IMG/VR virus record: IMGVR_UViG_2585427746_000005 | Location: 1-50,193 of that record | DNA length: 50,193 nt | Direction: 5' to 3' (one strand) | From: a virus | Taxonomy: Duplodnaviria; Heunggongvirae; Uroviricota; Caudoviricetes | Shown here: one piece after another, positions 18,477 through 27,399 of the stretch | Numbering within the stretch: position 1 is the stretch's first letter | Layout: each line of letters begins with the position of its first letter | Made by a program: the position numbers and the translations under genes | The notes under the pieces: generated by a model | The model's database searches: none | The model's input: the letters and a program-made list of their open reading frames with translations, nothing else | Told to the model about the DNA's origin: nothing

Positions 18477-19553
18477 TTACTCTCCGGTATCTGGTGCTGG
18501 GGTACTGAAATCACCGTACTCGATGTTTTCAACCAGAGCCGCGCAGCGGTAGTCCTCCACCACAAACGCCTCATTGACCGATTCAAAGTTTTCAATGCGA
18601 TCGCGTTTCGGGTTATCGATGACAGAACGGCGGCGGGTATCTGCCTGCCAGTAAATGGACAGGTTATCCAGACGTGTGATCAGCAGGGCATTTGCCGGGA
18701 AGAACGGCGCGCGGACCGCCTGCAGGCCACCCATGCGTTTCTGGCTGATAATGAGATCGGCAGCCAGCTTTTCACTGTTTTCCTGGTCCTTGTTGACGAG
18801 AGGGAAATACTTATCGGACAGCAGCTCACGACCACAGATCACCACCAGTTCATCATCGTCCTGGTACACCACATCGATCAGTTCGTTGACGGCATCCATC
18901 ACCACGGCGTCCAGATTTTCGTAGCCTTTTTCATCCAGCCCCGACGCGCCTTTACCCACTTTCACAGCGCCTTTAGTGGTTACGCCGTCTTTGGTGGTAC
19001 TGCCCATAACGTGATCCGGTGCATCTTCGCGGATTTTCTGCAGCCAGCCTTTGTTCACATCCTGCAGCAGAGGGTTAGCAGAACGGTCAGAGGTTTTGGC
19101 GCGGCTCACGCCGTTAAAGCCAATCATGATGCGGTCCAGCGCCTGACGCTTGATGATGGCGTTACGCACGCGCACCTGGAAGTCCTGGAATTTCGCCCAC
19201 AGGTCCAGCTTCGCGTAGGTCAGCACCGTGTCATAGTTGGTCTGCTCGCATTTATACTCCACGTCCTCCATCACCATCGGATCGGTAGGCTCACGGTCCT
19301 GTTTGGTGGTGTCGGTGGTTCCGGCAACGGTGCTACCTACGCCCAGCCCCAGCAGTTGTCCAGACTGCTCATCAACCGGCGAGACGTTAATCAACGTCAG
19401 GAATGCAGCGGACTGCTGGATCTCATCCTCTAGCGTCTGCTGTACGGACGGCTCAACGGTGAACTTGCTGGAAAGCTCCTCAACCTCCACACCGTTCAGG
19501 CGGGCCAGCTGCTGCAGGTAGGCATTGAATGCAAATTTAGTTTTCTGTTTCAT
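18477..19553 (-). CDS. Major capsid protein N (P2 gpN-like)
   Basis: 358-aa ORF, ATG start; size and position typical of P2 gpN. Confidence 0.9.
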   Translation of the reverse strand: MKQKTKFAFNAYLQQLARLNGVEVEELSSKFTVEPSVQQTLEDEIQQSAAFLTLINVSPVDEQSGQLLGLGVGSTVAGTTDTTKQDREPTDPMVMEDVEYKCEQTNYDTVLTYAKLDLWAKFQDFQVRVRNAIIKRQALDRIMIGFNGVSRAKTSDRSANPLLQDVNKGWLQKIREDAPDHVMGSTTKDGVTTKGAVKVGKGASGLDEKGYENLDAVVMDAVNELIDVVYQDDDELVVICGRELLSDKYFPLVNKDQENSEKLAADLIISQKRMGGLQAVRAPFFPANALLITRLDNLSIYWQADTRRRSVIDNPKRDRIENFESVNEAFVVEDYRCAALVENIEYGDFSTPAPDTGE

Positions 19554-19569
19554 CGGGTTTTATGCTCCA

Positions 19570-20403
19570 TCAGCAATTGGTCAGAGAGCCAGCAGGTGCA
19601 GAGCCGCCCGGCGTGCGCTGGCGATAATCTTTGCGGCTATCTTCCTGGCTCAGCTTCTGCTGCAGTTCGGAAAAGGCATCGACCTGCGCCTGCAGCGAGG
19701 TTTCCAGCTCAGACAGACGGGCGGCCAGCTCAGATAAGGATTTTTGCGTGCTGTCGCCCAGGTTCTGCTGCTCAGTTGCCAGCAGTTCCACGGCTTTATG
19801 CACATCAGAGAATCGCGCATCGTCGCTTTGTTCTTTTTTGCTGAACATCGCAGCCACGCGGGAAAAAAGGCTCGGTTTTTCGTCCTGGGTTTCTTCCAGT
19901 TCGATCACCGTTTCTGCAGCGGCGGTAAACAGGTTTTCAGGGTTCTGTTTACGGTTCGCCAGCGGGTTGTGCGCAGCGCTGGCACTGAAAGCCAGCATTT
20001 CGGTACCCAGACTTGCTGGATCGTCAGTGGCCGCCAGCCCTACCAGATAGGCTTTACCGGTATCAGCAAATTTCGGGCTGACCTCCATGGAGGTGAACAG
20101 CTTCTGGCCTTTTTTTACCAGCTCCACCAGTGAATCCGTTGGCTCCACATCGGCATAAAGCGCCATCTTGCCCGCCAGCGGGCCATCACTGATTTCCTCT
20201 GCAACCAGCGCCGCTACCTTGCCGTAACGGTTAAAAGTGCTGTCCGGCATGTAGGACTTAATGTGTTCTAGGTTGATCAGCGCGGTATAGACCGACGGGT
20301 TATAGCTGGCAGCCATCTGAATCAGCCAGTCACGCTGGATTTCGCGTCCGTCAGTGGTGGCACCTTCCACCCCAATACGGAAACGCTTTGCTTTCACTGT
20401 CAT
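19570..20403 (-). CDS. Capsid scaffolding protein O (P2 gpO-like)
   Basis: 277-aa ORF, ATG start; first gene of the leftward head operon, divergent from P. Confidence 0.85.
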   Translation of the reverse strand: MTVKAKRFRIGVEGATTDGREIQRDWLIQMAASYNPSVYTALINLEHIKSYMPDSTFNRYGKVAALVAEEISDGPLAGKMALYADVEPTDSLVELVKKGQKLFTSMEVSPKFADTGKAYLVGLAATDDPASLGTEMLAFSASAAHNPLANRKQNPENLFTAAAETVIELEETQDEKPSLFSRVAAMFSKKEQSDDARFSDVHKAVELLATEQQNLGDSTQKSLSELAARLSELETSLQAQVDAFSELQQKLSQEDSRKDYRQRTPGGSAPAGSLTNC

Positions 20404-20479
20404 GAGCTGTGCTCCGTTAGAAAACTTACTGGAGCCTTATGTTTGCTGTGATGGAGGGGGTGAAACAACGCGCGCACCT

Positions 20480-20497
20480 TGTGCGATAAACCACACA
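20480..20497. promoter_or_regulatory. Candidate late promoter dyad TGT-N12-ACA in the O/P divergent region
   Basis: TGTGCGATAAACCACACA, about 85 nt upstream of the O ATG and 55 nt upstream of the P ATG. Confidence 0.45.
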
Positions 20498-20543
20498 AAA
20501 CGCAGTCAGGGAAAGGCTGCAATCAAGGCCGTATGTTTGAGCC

Positions 20544-22307
20544 ATGGAAACCATGACCCCCGCAGACCTCGATCCCCGCAGGCAGGCAATGCTGCTGTAT
20601 TTTCAGGGATACCGCGTAGCCCGCATTGCTGAAATGCTGGGCGAAAAAGTTGCAACCGTTCACAGCTGGAAAAAGCGTGATAAGTGGGGCGAGTATGGCC
20701 CACTCGATCAGATGCAGCTCACCACTGCAGCCCGCTATTGCCAGCTCATCATGAAGGAGCAGAAAGAAGGGAAAGACTTTAAGGAAATTGACCTGCTGGC
20801 ACGTCAGTCAGAGCGTCACGCCCGGATCGGGAAATTCAACGATGGCGGGAACGAGGCAGATTTGAATCCGAAAGTTGCCAACCGCAACAAAGGCCCGCGC
20901 CGCCAGCCTGAAAAGAACGTTTTCACCGATGAGCAGATCGAAAAGCTGGAAGAAATATTCCGTGGCGGTATGTTCGAATATCAGCGCCATTGGTGGCAGG
21001 CAGGCGTTAAGCACCGCATCCGCAACCTGCTTAAATCCCGTCAGATAGGCGCAACGTATTTCTTCGCCCGCGAGGCACTGATCGACGCTATCACCACAGG
21101 GCGCAATCAAATCTTCCTCTCCGCCAGCAAGGCGCAGGCACACGTCTTTAAGCAATACATCATCGACTTTGCCAAAGAGGTTGATGTGGAGCTGAAAGGC
21201 GACCCGATGACGCTCAGCAATGGCGCCACGCTGTATTTCCTCGGCACAAACGCCCGCACCGCGCAGAGCTACCATGGCAACCTTTACCTTGATGAATATT
21301 TCTGGATACCGAAATTCCAGGAGCTACGCAAAGTGGCATCTGGGATGGCGATTCACAAAAAATGGCGGCAAACCTATTTTTCCACGCCGTCCAGCCTGAC
21401 CCACAGCGCCTATCCGTTCTGGTCGGGCGCCCTGTTCAATCGGGGCCGCGCAAAAGCTGACAAGGTAGATATTGACCTGACCCACGCCAATCTGGCGCGC
21501 GGCGTGCTTTGCCCAGATGGACAATACCGCCAGATCGTCACCGTTGAGGATGCCGTGCGCGGTGGCTGTAACCTGTTCGACCTCGACCAGCTGCGCATGG
21601 AATACAGCCCTGACGAATACCAGAACCTGCTGATGTGTGAATTTATTGACGATCTGGCGTCAGTGTTCCCGCTCAGCGAGCTGCAGGCCTGCATGGTGGA
21701 CAGTTGGGAAGTCTGGACTGATTTTCAGGCGCTGGCGCTGCGTCCGTTTGGCTGGCGTGAAGTCTGGATCGGTTATGACCCGGCGAAAGGTACGCAGAAC
21801 GGTGACAGCGCCGGTTGCGTCGTCATTGCCCCGCCATCAGTATCGGGCGGCAAGTTCCGTATTCTGGAGCGTCACCAGTGGCGCGGAATGGACTTTCGCG
21901 CCCAGGCTGACGCTATCAAAGCCCTCACGCAGCAATATAACGTGACCTATATCGGCATCGACTCAACCGGCGTAGGCCACGGCGTCTATGAGAACGTTAA
22001 AGCCTTTTTCCCCGCCGTCCGCGAGTTCGTTTATAACCCGAACGTCAAAAACGCCTTGGTTCTCAAGGCATACGACATTATCAGCCACCGCCGCCTGGAG
22101 TTCGACGCAGGGCACACCGACATCGCGCAATCCTTTATGGCAATCCGCCGGGCCACCACCGCCAGCGGCAACCGCCCAACATATGAAGCCAGCCGAAGTG
22201 AAGAAGCCAGCCATGCAGATTTGGCCTGGGCAACGATGCACGCGCTGTTTAACGAACCGCTGCAGGGCGAGGCCGCTAATACCAGCAATATTGTGGAGAT
22301 TTTCTGA
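20544..22307 (+). CDS. Terminase large (ATPase) subunit P (P2 gpP-like)
   Basis: 587-aa ORF, ATG start; position and size match P2 gpP. Confidence 0.9.
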   Translation: METMTPADLDPRRQAMLLYFQGYRVARIAEMLGEKVATVHSWKKRDKWGEYGPLDQMQLTTAARYCQLIMKEQKEGKDFKEIDLLARQSERHARIGKFNDGGNEADLNPKVANRNKGPRRQPEKNVFTDEQIEKLEEIFRGGMFEYQRHWWQAGVKHRIRNLLKSRQIGATYFFAREALIDAITTGRNQIFLSASKAQAHVFKQYIIDFAKEVDVELKGDPMTLSNGATLYFLGTNARTAQSYHGNLYLDEYFWIPKFQELRKVASGMAIHKKWRQTYFSTPSSLTHSAYPFWSGALFNRGRAKADKVDIDLTHANLARGVLCPDGQYRQIVTVEDAVRGGCNLFDLDQLRMEYSPDEYQNLLMCEFIDDLASVFPLSELQACMVDSWEVWTDFQALALRPFGWREVWIGYDPAKGTQNGDSAGCVVIAPPSVSGGKFRILERHQWRGMDFRAQADAIKALTQQYNVTYIGIDSTGVGHGVYENVKAFFPAVREFVYNPNVKNALVLKAYDIISHRRLEFDAGHTDIAQSFMAIRRATTASGNRPTYEASRSEEASHADLAWATMHALFNEPLQGEAANTSNIVEIF

Positions 22308-23344
22308 TGGGAAAACGCAAGAACCGCCGCACCGCGGCTAATCACAGCACAAATGCCAGCGGTGGCGCAGCGGCAGAGGCATTCAGCTTTGGCGACCCGA
22401 TCCCGGTACTGGACCGCCGTGAACTGCTGGATTATGTGGAATGCGTCCAAATGGACAGGTGGTATGAGCCGCCCGTAAGTTTTGACGGGCTGGCGCGCAC
22501 TTACCGCGCCGCTGTTCATCACAGCTCGCCGATTGCCGTTAAACGCGACATTCTCAGCAGCACCTACATCCCGCACCGCCTGCTTAGCCAGCAGGCATTT
22601 ACCCGTTTTGTGCAGGATTATCTGGTTTTTGGTAACGCCTATCTGGAGAAGCGCGCCAATCGGCTCGGCGGCGTGCTTTCGCTGGAACCGACGCTGGCGA
22701 AATTTACCCGCCGTGGGGTGGACCTCGATACATACTGGTATGTGCAATATGGATTCACCACACAGCCCTATGAATTCACGCAGGGAAGCGTTTTCCATCT
22801 TCTTGAACCTGATATTAACCAGGAGATTTACGGTCTACCGGGTTATCTGTCCGCTATTCCATCAGCGCTGCTGAATGAGTCCGCAACACTGTTCCGCCGT
22901 AAGTATTACATCAACGGCAGCCATGCTGGCTTTATCATGTACATGACTGACGCCGCGCAGAACCAGGGGGATGTAGACAACATCCGCCAGGCCATGAAAA
23001 ATGCCAAAGGACCGGGTAACTTCCGCAACCTGTTTATGTATTCGCCAAACGGCAAAAAGGACGGCATCCAGATCATCCCGTTATCAGAGGTTGCGGCGAA
23101 AGATGAGTTTCTGAACATCAAGAACGTGAGCCGCGATGACATGATGGCAGCGCACCGCGTGCCGCCACAGATGATGGGCATCATTCCCAACAATACCGGC
23201 GGCTTTGGTGATGTGGAAAAGGCCAGCCGCGTATTTGTACGAAATGAATTAATCCCCCTTCAAGAAAGGATTAAAGAACTCAATGAATGGTTAGGTGATG
23301 AAGTCATAAGATTTGCGAAATATACACTCGACGACATAAGCTAG
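22307..23344 (+). CDS. Portal protein Q (P2 gpQ-like)
   Basis: 345-aa ORF; start overlaps the P stop (TGATG). Confidence 0.9.
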   Translation: MGKRKNRRTAANHSTNASGGAAAEAFSFGDPIPVLDRRELLDYVECVQMDRWYEPPVSFDGLARTYRAAVHHSSPIAVKRDILSSTYIPHRLLSQQAFTRFVQDYLVFGNAYLEKRANRLGGVLSLEPTLAKFTRRGVDLDTYWYVQYGFTTQPYEFTQGSVFHLLEPDINQEIYGLPGYLSAIPSALLNESATLFRRKYYINGSHAGFIMYMTDAAQNQGDVDNIRQAMKNAKGPGNFRNLFMYSPNGKKDGIQIIPLSEVAAKDEFLNIKNVSRDDMMAAHRVPPQMMGIIPNNTGGFGDVEKASRVFVRNELIPLQERIKELNEWLGDEVIRFAKYTLDDIS

Positions 23345-23356
23345 TTTCTTATAAAA

Positions 23357-23387
23357 GATGGTGTCATCATATAATGACGACACCATC
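23357..23387. terminator. Hairpin between convergent Q and cargo operon (putative bidirectional terminator)
   Basis: GATGGTGTC ... GACACCATC 9-bp stem (extendable to 13 bp with one mismatch); U-rich tract follows on the minus strand. Confidence 0.5.
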
Positions 23388-23391
23388 GCAT

Positions 23392-24087
23392 CTAAAACCT
23401 ATCAATTTCCAAACATGAAATGGCATCATTGAAAATTGAAAAATGCTCATCAGGAACCACTGCAGAAGCCCCACTAGTTAATTCAAAACTAATCTTTGAA
23501 TCAAGGTAAAGCCCTCCAGCTTTTATTTTATCGAGCTTGAATTCGCCATCCCCAACAAAACTCTTCAAATCATGCAAAGCATCGCCACTAGAATTCAATT
23601 CCAAACATGCTCTTGTTTTGTCAGTAACAGGAAGATTTGATACCTTCACTTTTGAAATACCAAACACCTTTACGCCAAAATTTTCTCGAACGACCCTCAT
23701 GAAAGCTTTAAGATCAACGGTTAAATTTCCATAAGCAACATTTAATCCTTCAGCCTGAGATAAAAAATCGATGAAAGGTTTAACTGTTTTTGGCGGATTG
23801 TAAAAAGTTAACAGACATATCTTATTGCTGAGGGTTTGGATAGAAAAACTAATCTGATCAAATACAACCCTTTCGAATTCCAGCACCTCACCAAATGGAT
23901 CGGCAACCGGCTCTAAAACAACAGATTTTTTATTGAAAGTTGCAGCAATACCATTATGAATGGTTTCATACTTAGTAAAGCCAGCACCAATAGCATCAGA
24001 ATAAGGCGTGTTTTTGATAAAATCAAAGACAGCCTCAGGGCTGGTTCTGATTTTCAATCTCATCCACTTCAATCTTAATTGTGACAT
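23392..24087 (-). CDS. Cargo operon gene 3, hypothetical protein
   Basis: 231 aa from ATG with AAGGAG SD; AT-rich; no motif recognised. Confidence 0.7.
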   Translation of the reverse strand: MSQLRLKWMRLKIRTSPEAVFDFIKNTPYSDAIGAGFTKYETIHNGIAATFNKKSVVLEPVADPFGEVLEFERVVFDQISFSIQTLSNKICLLTFYNPPKTVKPFIDFLSQAEGLNVAYGNLTVDLKAFMRVVRENFGVKVFGISKVKVSNLPVTDKTRACLELNSSGDALHDLKSFVGDGEFKLDKIKAGGLYLDSKISFELTSGASAVVPDEHFSIFNDAISCLEIDRF

Positions 24088-24106
24088 AGCCACTCCTTAT
24101 GATGTA

Positions 24107-25171
24107 TTAGCTGATTTCCATTATAATAGAATAAGCTCTATTTTCAATTAGTTTATTGAATCGCTCAGCTTCTCTACCAGAGAGTTTTTGCGGCTTACTG
24201 AAATATTGTCCATTTGCCTTATACTTTCTGACTCCCTTAACCAAATATGAAAAATTAGTACAATTAAGAGGATCACCAAATTGGGCCTCAAGCTCAAATA
24301 TATCTGGATCAGCCAAGTTCTCCTTGACCTTCCATTTTATTTTCCAAATATAGAACCCTCTATCATAAAGATCACTTAATTCATCAGATTTAAGCACCCC
24401 CTCCCCCTTAAGTGATGCCCTAGACACGTGCACCCCAGTTTCGGTGTTTCCATCTTCAGCCTCAATAGTTTCAGGCTTAGGGTGATATACATAAGCATCA
24501 GTAACATCCAGTAACTCATAACCATCAAGTGTACGGATTAATCTATCGAAGAATAAAGTTCTAACATCAGCAGATGTATTGTGAGAGAGAGAAATTTCGT
24601 TTAATTTTAAATCAAGGTTACTATCATCCGCTTGCTCGTCCTGAATAGCGCTGATGTGCCCAAGTAAGAGTCCCTCGTAATCTTCAAGGTTTTCATTATC
24701 TGGACGACGGATACTGTAACCATCATCAAGAGGCTCAATTTCAATTAACGCCTCTTTATTAATAGCCTGTTTGAAATCACTTTTACCATAATTAGTTGAA
24801 AGATACCTGATATTAATAAGAACTCGAGGCCCATCTACGATTATTTTACAATAATCATCCTGATCGGTAATTTCTTTCTTAAGTTTTTCTGCGGCATCTA
24901 TAATACCTTTCTTATCTATACCAGTCTCAATTCTTACACATGTAAATTTTTCGGTCCTTGTCTGGCCACCTAAAAGGGTTGCAATTTTTTGATGCTCGTA
25001 ATAATCATGAGTCATTCGAGAATAGTTTCTTGCCAATTCTTTTCGAGGTGTTTTTTTACATATTATTGTCCCCCTCTCTAAGAAAAGATCTTGAATTTCA
25101 TTTAGAGTAATTTGCTTTTGGTTTAAAGCATCATATAAAGCTTTATCAGTTACGCTGTGAATATTTTTCAT
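24107..25171 (-). CDS. Cargo operon gene 2, hypothetical protein
   Basis: 354 aa from ATG (MKNIHSV...) with GGGAG SD; ATGA overlap with gene 1 stop; no motif recognised. Confidence 0.7.
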   Translation of the reverse strand: MKNIHSVTDKALYDALNQKQITLNEIQDLFLERGTIICKKTPRKELARNYSRMTHDYYEHQKIATLLGGQTRTEKFTCVRIETGIDKKGIIDAAEKLKKEITDQDDYCKIIVDGPRVLINIRYLSTNYGKSDFKQAINKEALIEIEPLDDGYSIRRPDNENLEDYEGLLLGHISAIQDEQADDSNLDLKLNEISLSHNTSADVRTLFFDRLIRTLDGYELLDVTDAYVYHPKPETIEAEDGNTETGVHVSRASLKGEGVLKSDELSDLYDRGFYIWKIKWKVKENLADPDIFELEAQFGDPLNCTNFSYLVKGVRKYKANGQYFSKPQKLSGREAERFNKLIENRAYSIIMEIS

Positions 25172-26232
25172 TTCGGCTCCCAAGAAATAACTTCTGCAGA
25201 GAAGAATTCTTTTACTGTAGACACAACTTTAACGTCTAAATCTTCAAGCCTCTTTTTAGCTTCTTCATCTAACCCATACTCATGTGCATATTTTTCAACT
25301 CCACGTTGAAAGTGTGAGAGAATCCTCTCATCTTTTTCTCGATAAGCCAGCCTTATCCTAATTTTATTTATACCATCAAGAATTTGATAATTTGACAAAA
25401 TATCTAACAAATAAAAAAATTCATTGTCGCTATTACCTTTTTTGTTGTAATACACAACAAACCCTTCTGGATAAACCTCCTCCTCTATACCTTTAGCTCT
25501 ATTATATTTATGAACAGCGCCATGTTTGATAATCATGAAAGGTGATGACAAGACTTCTATAGTAGCTGGAAGATATTTTTCAGTCACAGCAACCTTATGA
25601 AAAGTCAATTGAGGGTAATAGAATCCATATTCTTCATCAGGAAACTCTTTCTTAGCAATCAAATCATTCATATCATTCGTAATTGCCAACATATAATTAA
25701 TCAAAAATGGATCGATTATATGAATTTGCTGACCTGAAGATAAAGGAATCTTTTCTAAATTGACAGCCTTATCCCTTCTTCCTTTAGTAGGTTTAGGAGG
25801 ATTAAAAAAATCATAAAAATCATGCTGCAACTGATTATCATGATTAAAAACAAACAACAAACCTCGAACTTCACAGTCGATTTGAGAAAAATTATACTTT
25901 TCTGACCACTCAGGACTATACCGAGCACATTCAATAGTTTTTGCTAATGACTCCAGTGCAGATTCTATTTTTGACGCATTTATTGAACCTGCTTTATAAC
26001 TTTTTAAATCAGTATTTAAATAAATGACCTTGTTTAAATATGGATCTTTATAACTAAAAACAACATCTACAGGATGCGTATGCTTCTGTTTCTTACCTTC
26101 GGGCTTATGTTTAGCCTCATCATCACAAAGGAAATCTCGGTCGCAGGGGCCATGCTGCTGCCACTTAAATCGACTCAGTAGATCCTCAGATATGCGTTTT
26201 GCCAAATCTTCAATAGGGCCGTTCTCTGCCAT
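25168..26232 (-). CDS. Cargo operon gene 1, hypothetical protein (possible PD-(D/E)xK-like motif)
   Basis: 354-aa ORF, ATG with AAGGAA SD; HPVDVVF...IYLNTDLKSYK could be a D...(D/E)xK nuclease core but this is unverified. Confidence 0.7.
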   Translation of the reverse strand: MAENGPIEDLAKRISEDLLSRFKWQQHGPCDRDFLCDDEAKHKPEGKKQKHTHPVDVVFSYKDPYLNKVIYLNTDLKSYKAGSINASKIESALESLAKTIECARYSPEWSEKYNFSQIDCEVRGLLFVFNHDNQLQHDFYDFFNPPKPTKGRRDKAVNLEKIPLSSGQQIHIIDPFLINYMLAITNDMNDLIAKKEFPDEEYGFYYPQLTFHKVAVTEKYLPATIEVLSSPFMIIKHGAVHKYNRAKGIEEEVYPEGFVVYYNKKGNSDNEFFYLLDILSNYQILDGINKIRIRLAYREKDERILSHFQRGVEKYAHEYGLDEEAKKRLEDLDVKVVSTVKEFFSAEVISWEPK

Positions 26233-26269
26233 TTGATTTCCTTACTTTTTTGCAGACAAATCTAATTGA

Positions 26270-26298
26270 AAGATAAAGGTAAGCTTTTTTGCTTGCAA
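26270..26298 (-). promoter_or_regulatory. Putative sigma70 promoter of the cargo operon
   Basis: Minus-strand TTGCAA - 17 bp - TATCTT about 30 nt upstream of the gene 1 ATG. Confidence 0.35.
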
Positions 26299-26333
26299 GG
26301 ACTTTGGGCCTAACGTGAGACGCTGAGCGCGCG

Positions 26334-26352
26334 CTCGTATCCCCGCCACGCC
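26334..26352. other. Putative cos (cohesive end) site
   Basis: Minus-strand GGCGTGGCGGGGATACGAG shares its first 12-13 nt with the 186/P2 cos 19-mer as recalled; lies in a GC-rich non-coding patch. Confidence 0.5.
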
Positions 26353-26490
26353 TGCCCGCTTTATGCAGTGGTTTTCATGCACCTGCATGACATACGGAAA
26401 ATCCCGCCAGAACTGGCGGGCCTCGGCTAAAACGATCCTCAAACGATCATGCGGATTCATGCGGCATAGGCATGCAGTCTCACCACGTCG

Positions 26491-26748
26491 TCACGTCAGC
26501 GTAAAATCATCGTCAAAATCCATAAAATTAGCCGCCGCCTGCGTATGCTGGACTATGTACACAACACCATCGTGAAGGGAAACCGGGTATTCAAACTCCA
26601 GCATAAACAATCCATCATAAGTTTTTCCTAACCAGAAGCCGCCGCCGTATTGCTTGCCTCGCTGAAACAGAACCCAGCCACCGGGAACGTACTTCTGCAG
26701 TATCTCATCCCGATAAACGACCTGATAATTACTGTCACTTTTGCCCAC
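26491..26748 (-). CDS. Small hypothetical protein
   Basis: 85-aa ORF between cos and the DinI-like gene; no motif recognised. Confidence 0.35.
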   Translation of the reverse strand: MGKSDSNYQVVYRDEILQKYVPGGWVLFQRGKQYGGGFWLGKTYDGLFMLEFEYPVSLHDGVVYIVQHTQAAANFMDFDDDFTLT

Positions 26749-26821
26749 GGCCTAACGCCTCGCTTCTCTCGTTGTTCAACCTTGCAAGCGGTAAAACCAG
26801 TTTTATCGCTTGCAATGTTCG

Positions 26822-27055
26822 TTAATGCATCCAGCTATCGTCCTCCCAGACCTGCTGCATTATTTCCATTACCTGCTGCTTATCTTCATCAAGTTTTACG
26901 CCACTCAATTCGATGCCATTGGTACTGCCTTTACGAATGCGGATCGTGGTTTTGGGATACAGAGGTTGCAGGTTCCGATAAAGCTCTGCCTCTAATGCTT
27001 CCAGTGTCGCCTGGCTAATTTTCTGCTCTTTATCAATCATTATTTCGACACGCAT
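26822..27055 (-). CDS. DinI-family protein (Tum C-terminal-like)
   Basis: MRVEIMIDKEQ...MEIMQQVWEDDSW resembles DinI (MRIEVTIAK...ISEILQETWE); ATG start. Confidence 0.75.
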   Translation of the reverse strand: MRVEIMIDKEQKISQATLEALEAELYRNLQPLYPKTTIRIRKGSTNGIELSGVKLDEDKQQVMEIMQQVWEDDSWMH

Positions 27056-27067
27056 AAGAGGCCGCCT

Positions 27068-27256
27068 TTAGCTGGTTACGTCCATTGAACGGTTATATTC
27101 ATAGCTTCTGATTTTCGCCATCAACTCATCAGTCAGCTCTGAAACCCACTGGATAGCCAGCCGCTTTTCTTCATCGCTGCACTCACTAGCCGCTACAAGC
27201 TTGATAAAAAAATCAATGCGCTGGAGCTTCAACGACTCCAAAAGGTAGTCCTGCAT
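27068..27256 (-). CDS. Tum-like antirepressor N-terminal ORF (SOS-regulated)
   Basis: 62 aa from ATG with AGGAGG SD; separated from the DinI-like ORF by an in-frame TAA; LexA box just upstream. Confidence 0.55.
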   Translation of the reverse strand: MQDYLLESLKLQRIDFFIKLVAASECSDEEKRLAIQWVSELTDELMAKIRSYEYNRSMDVTS

Positions 27257-27303
27257 TTTCCCTCCTATCACTACTATCGACCAAATAACTGTATGTATAT
27301 CCA

Positions 27304-27319
27304 CTGTTTATATATACAG
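27304..27319. promoter_or_regulatory. LexA (SOS) box
   Basis: CTGTTTATATATACAG matches CTGT-N8-ACAG with AT-rich spacer; about 50 nt upstream of the tum-like ATG. Confidence 0.75.
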
Positions 27320-27399
27320 TATAGTAGCTATTTCGAATTGTAAAACCCTTTTTTGCTTTCAATCAGATAGCGCTGATAGAAATCAAATAATCAGGAAAA

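Noticed and set aside
26242-26460. 72-aa minus-strand ORF overlapping the putative cos site and cargo promoter
   Set aside because: Lies in a GC-rich non-coding patch, has no SD, and overlaps regulatory sequence; likely spurious.
27289-27303. Possible second LexA box next to the consensus one
   Set aside because: Only the CTGT half-site is present; the second half reads CCAC instead of ACAG.
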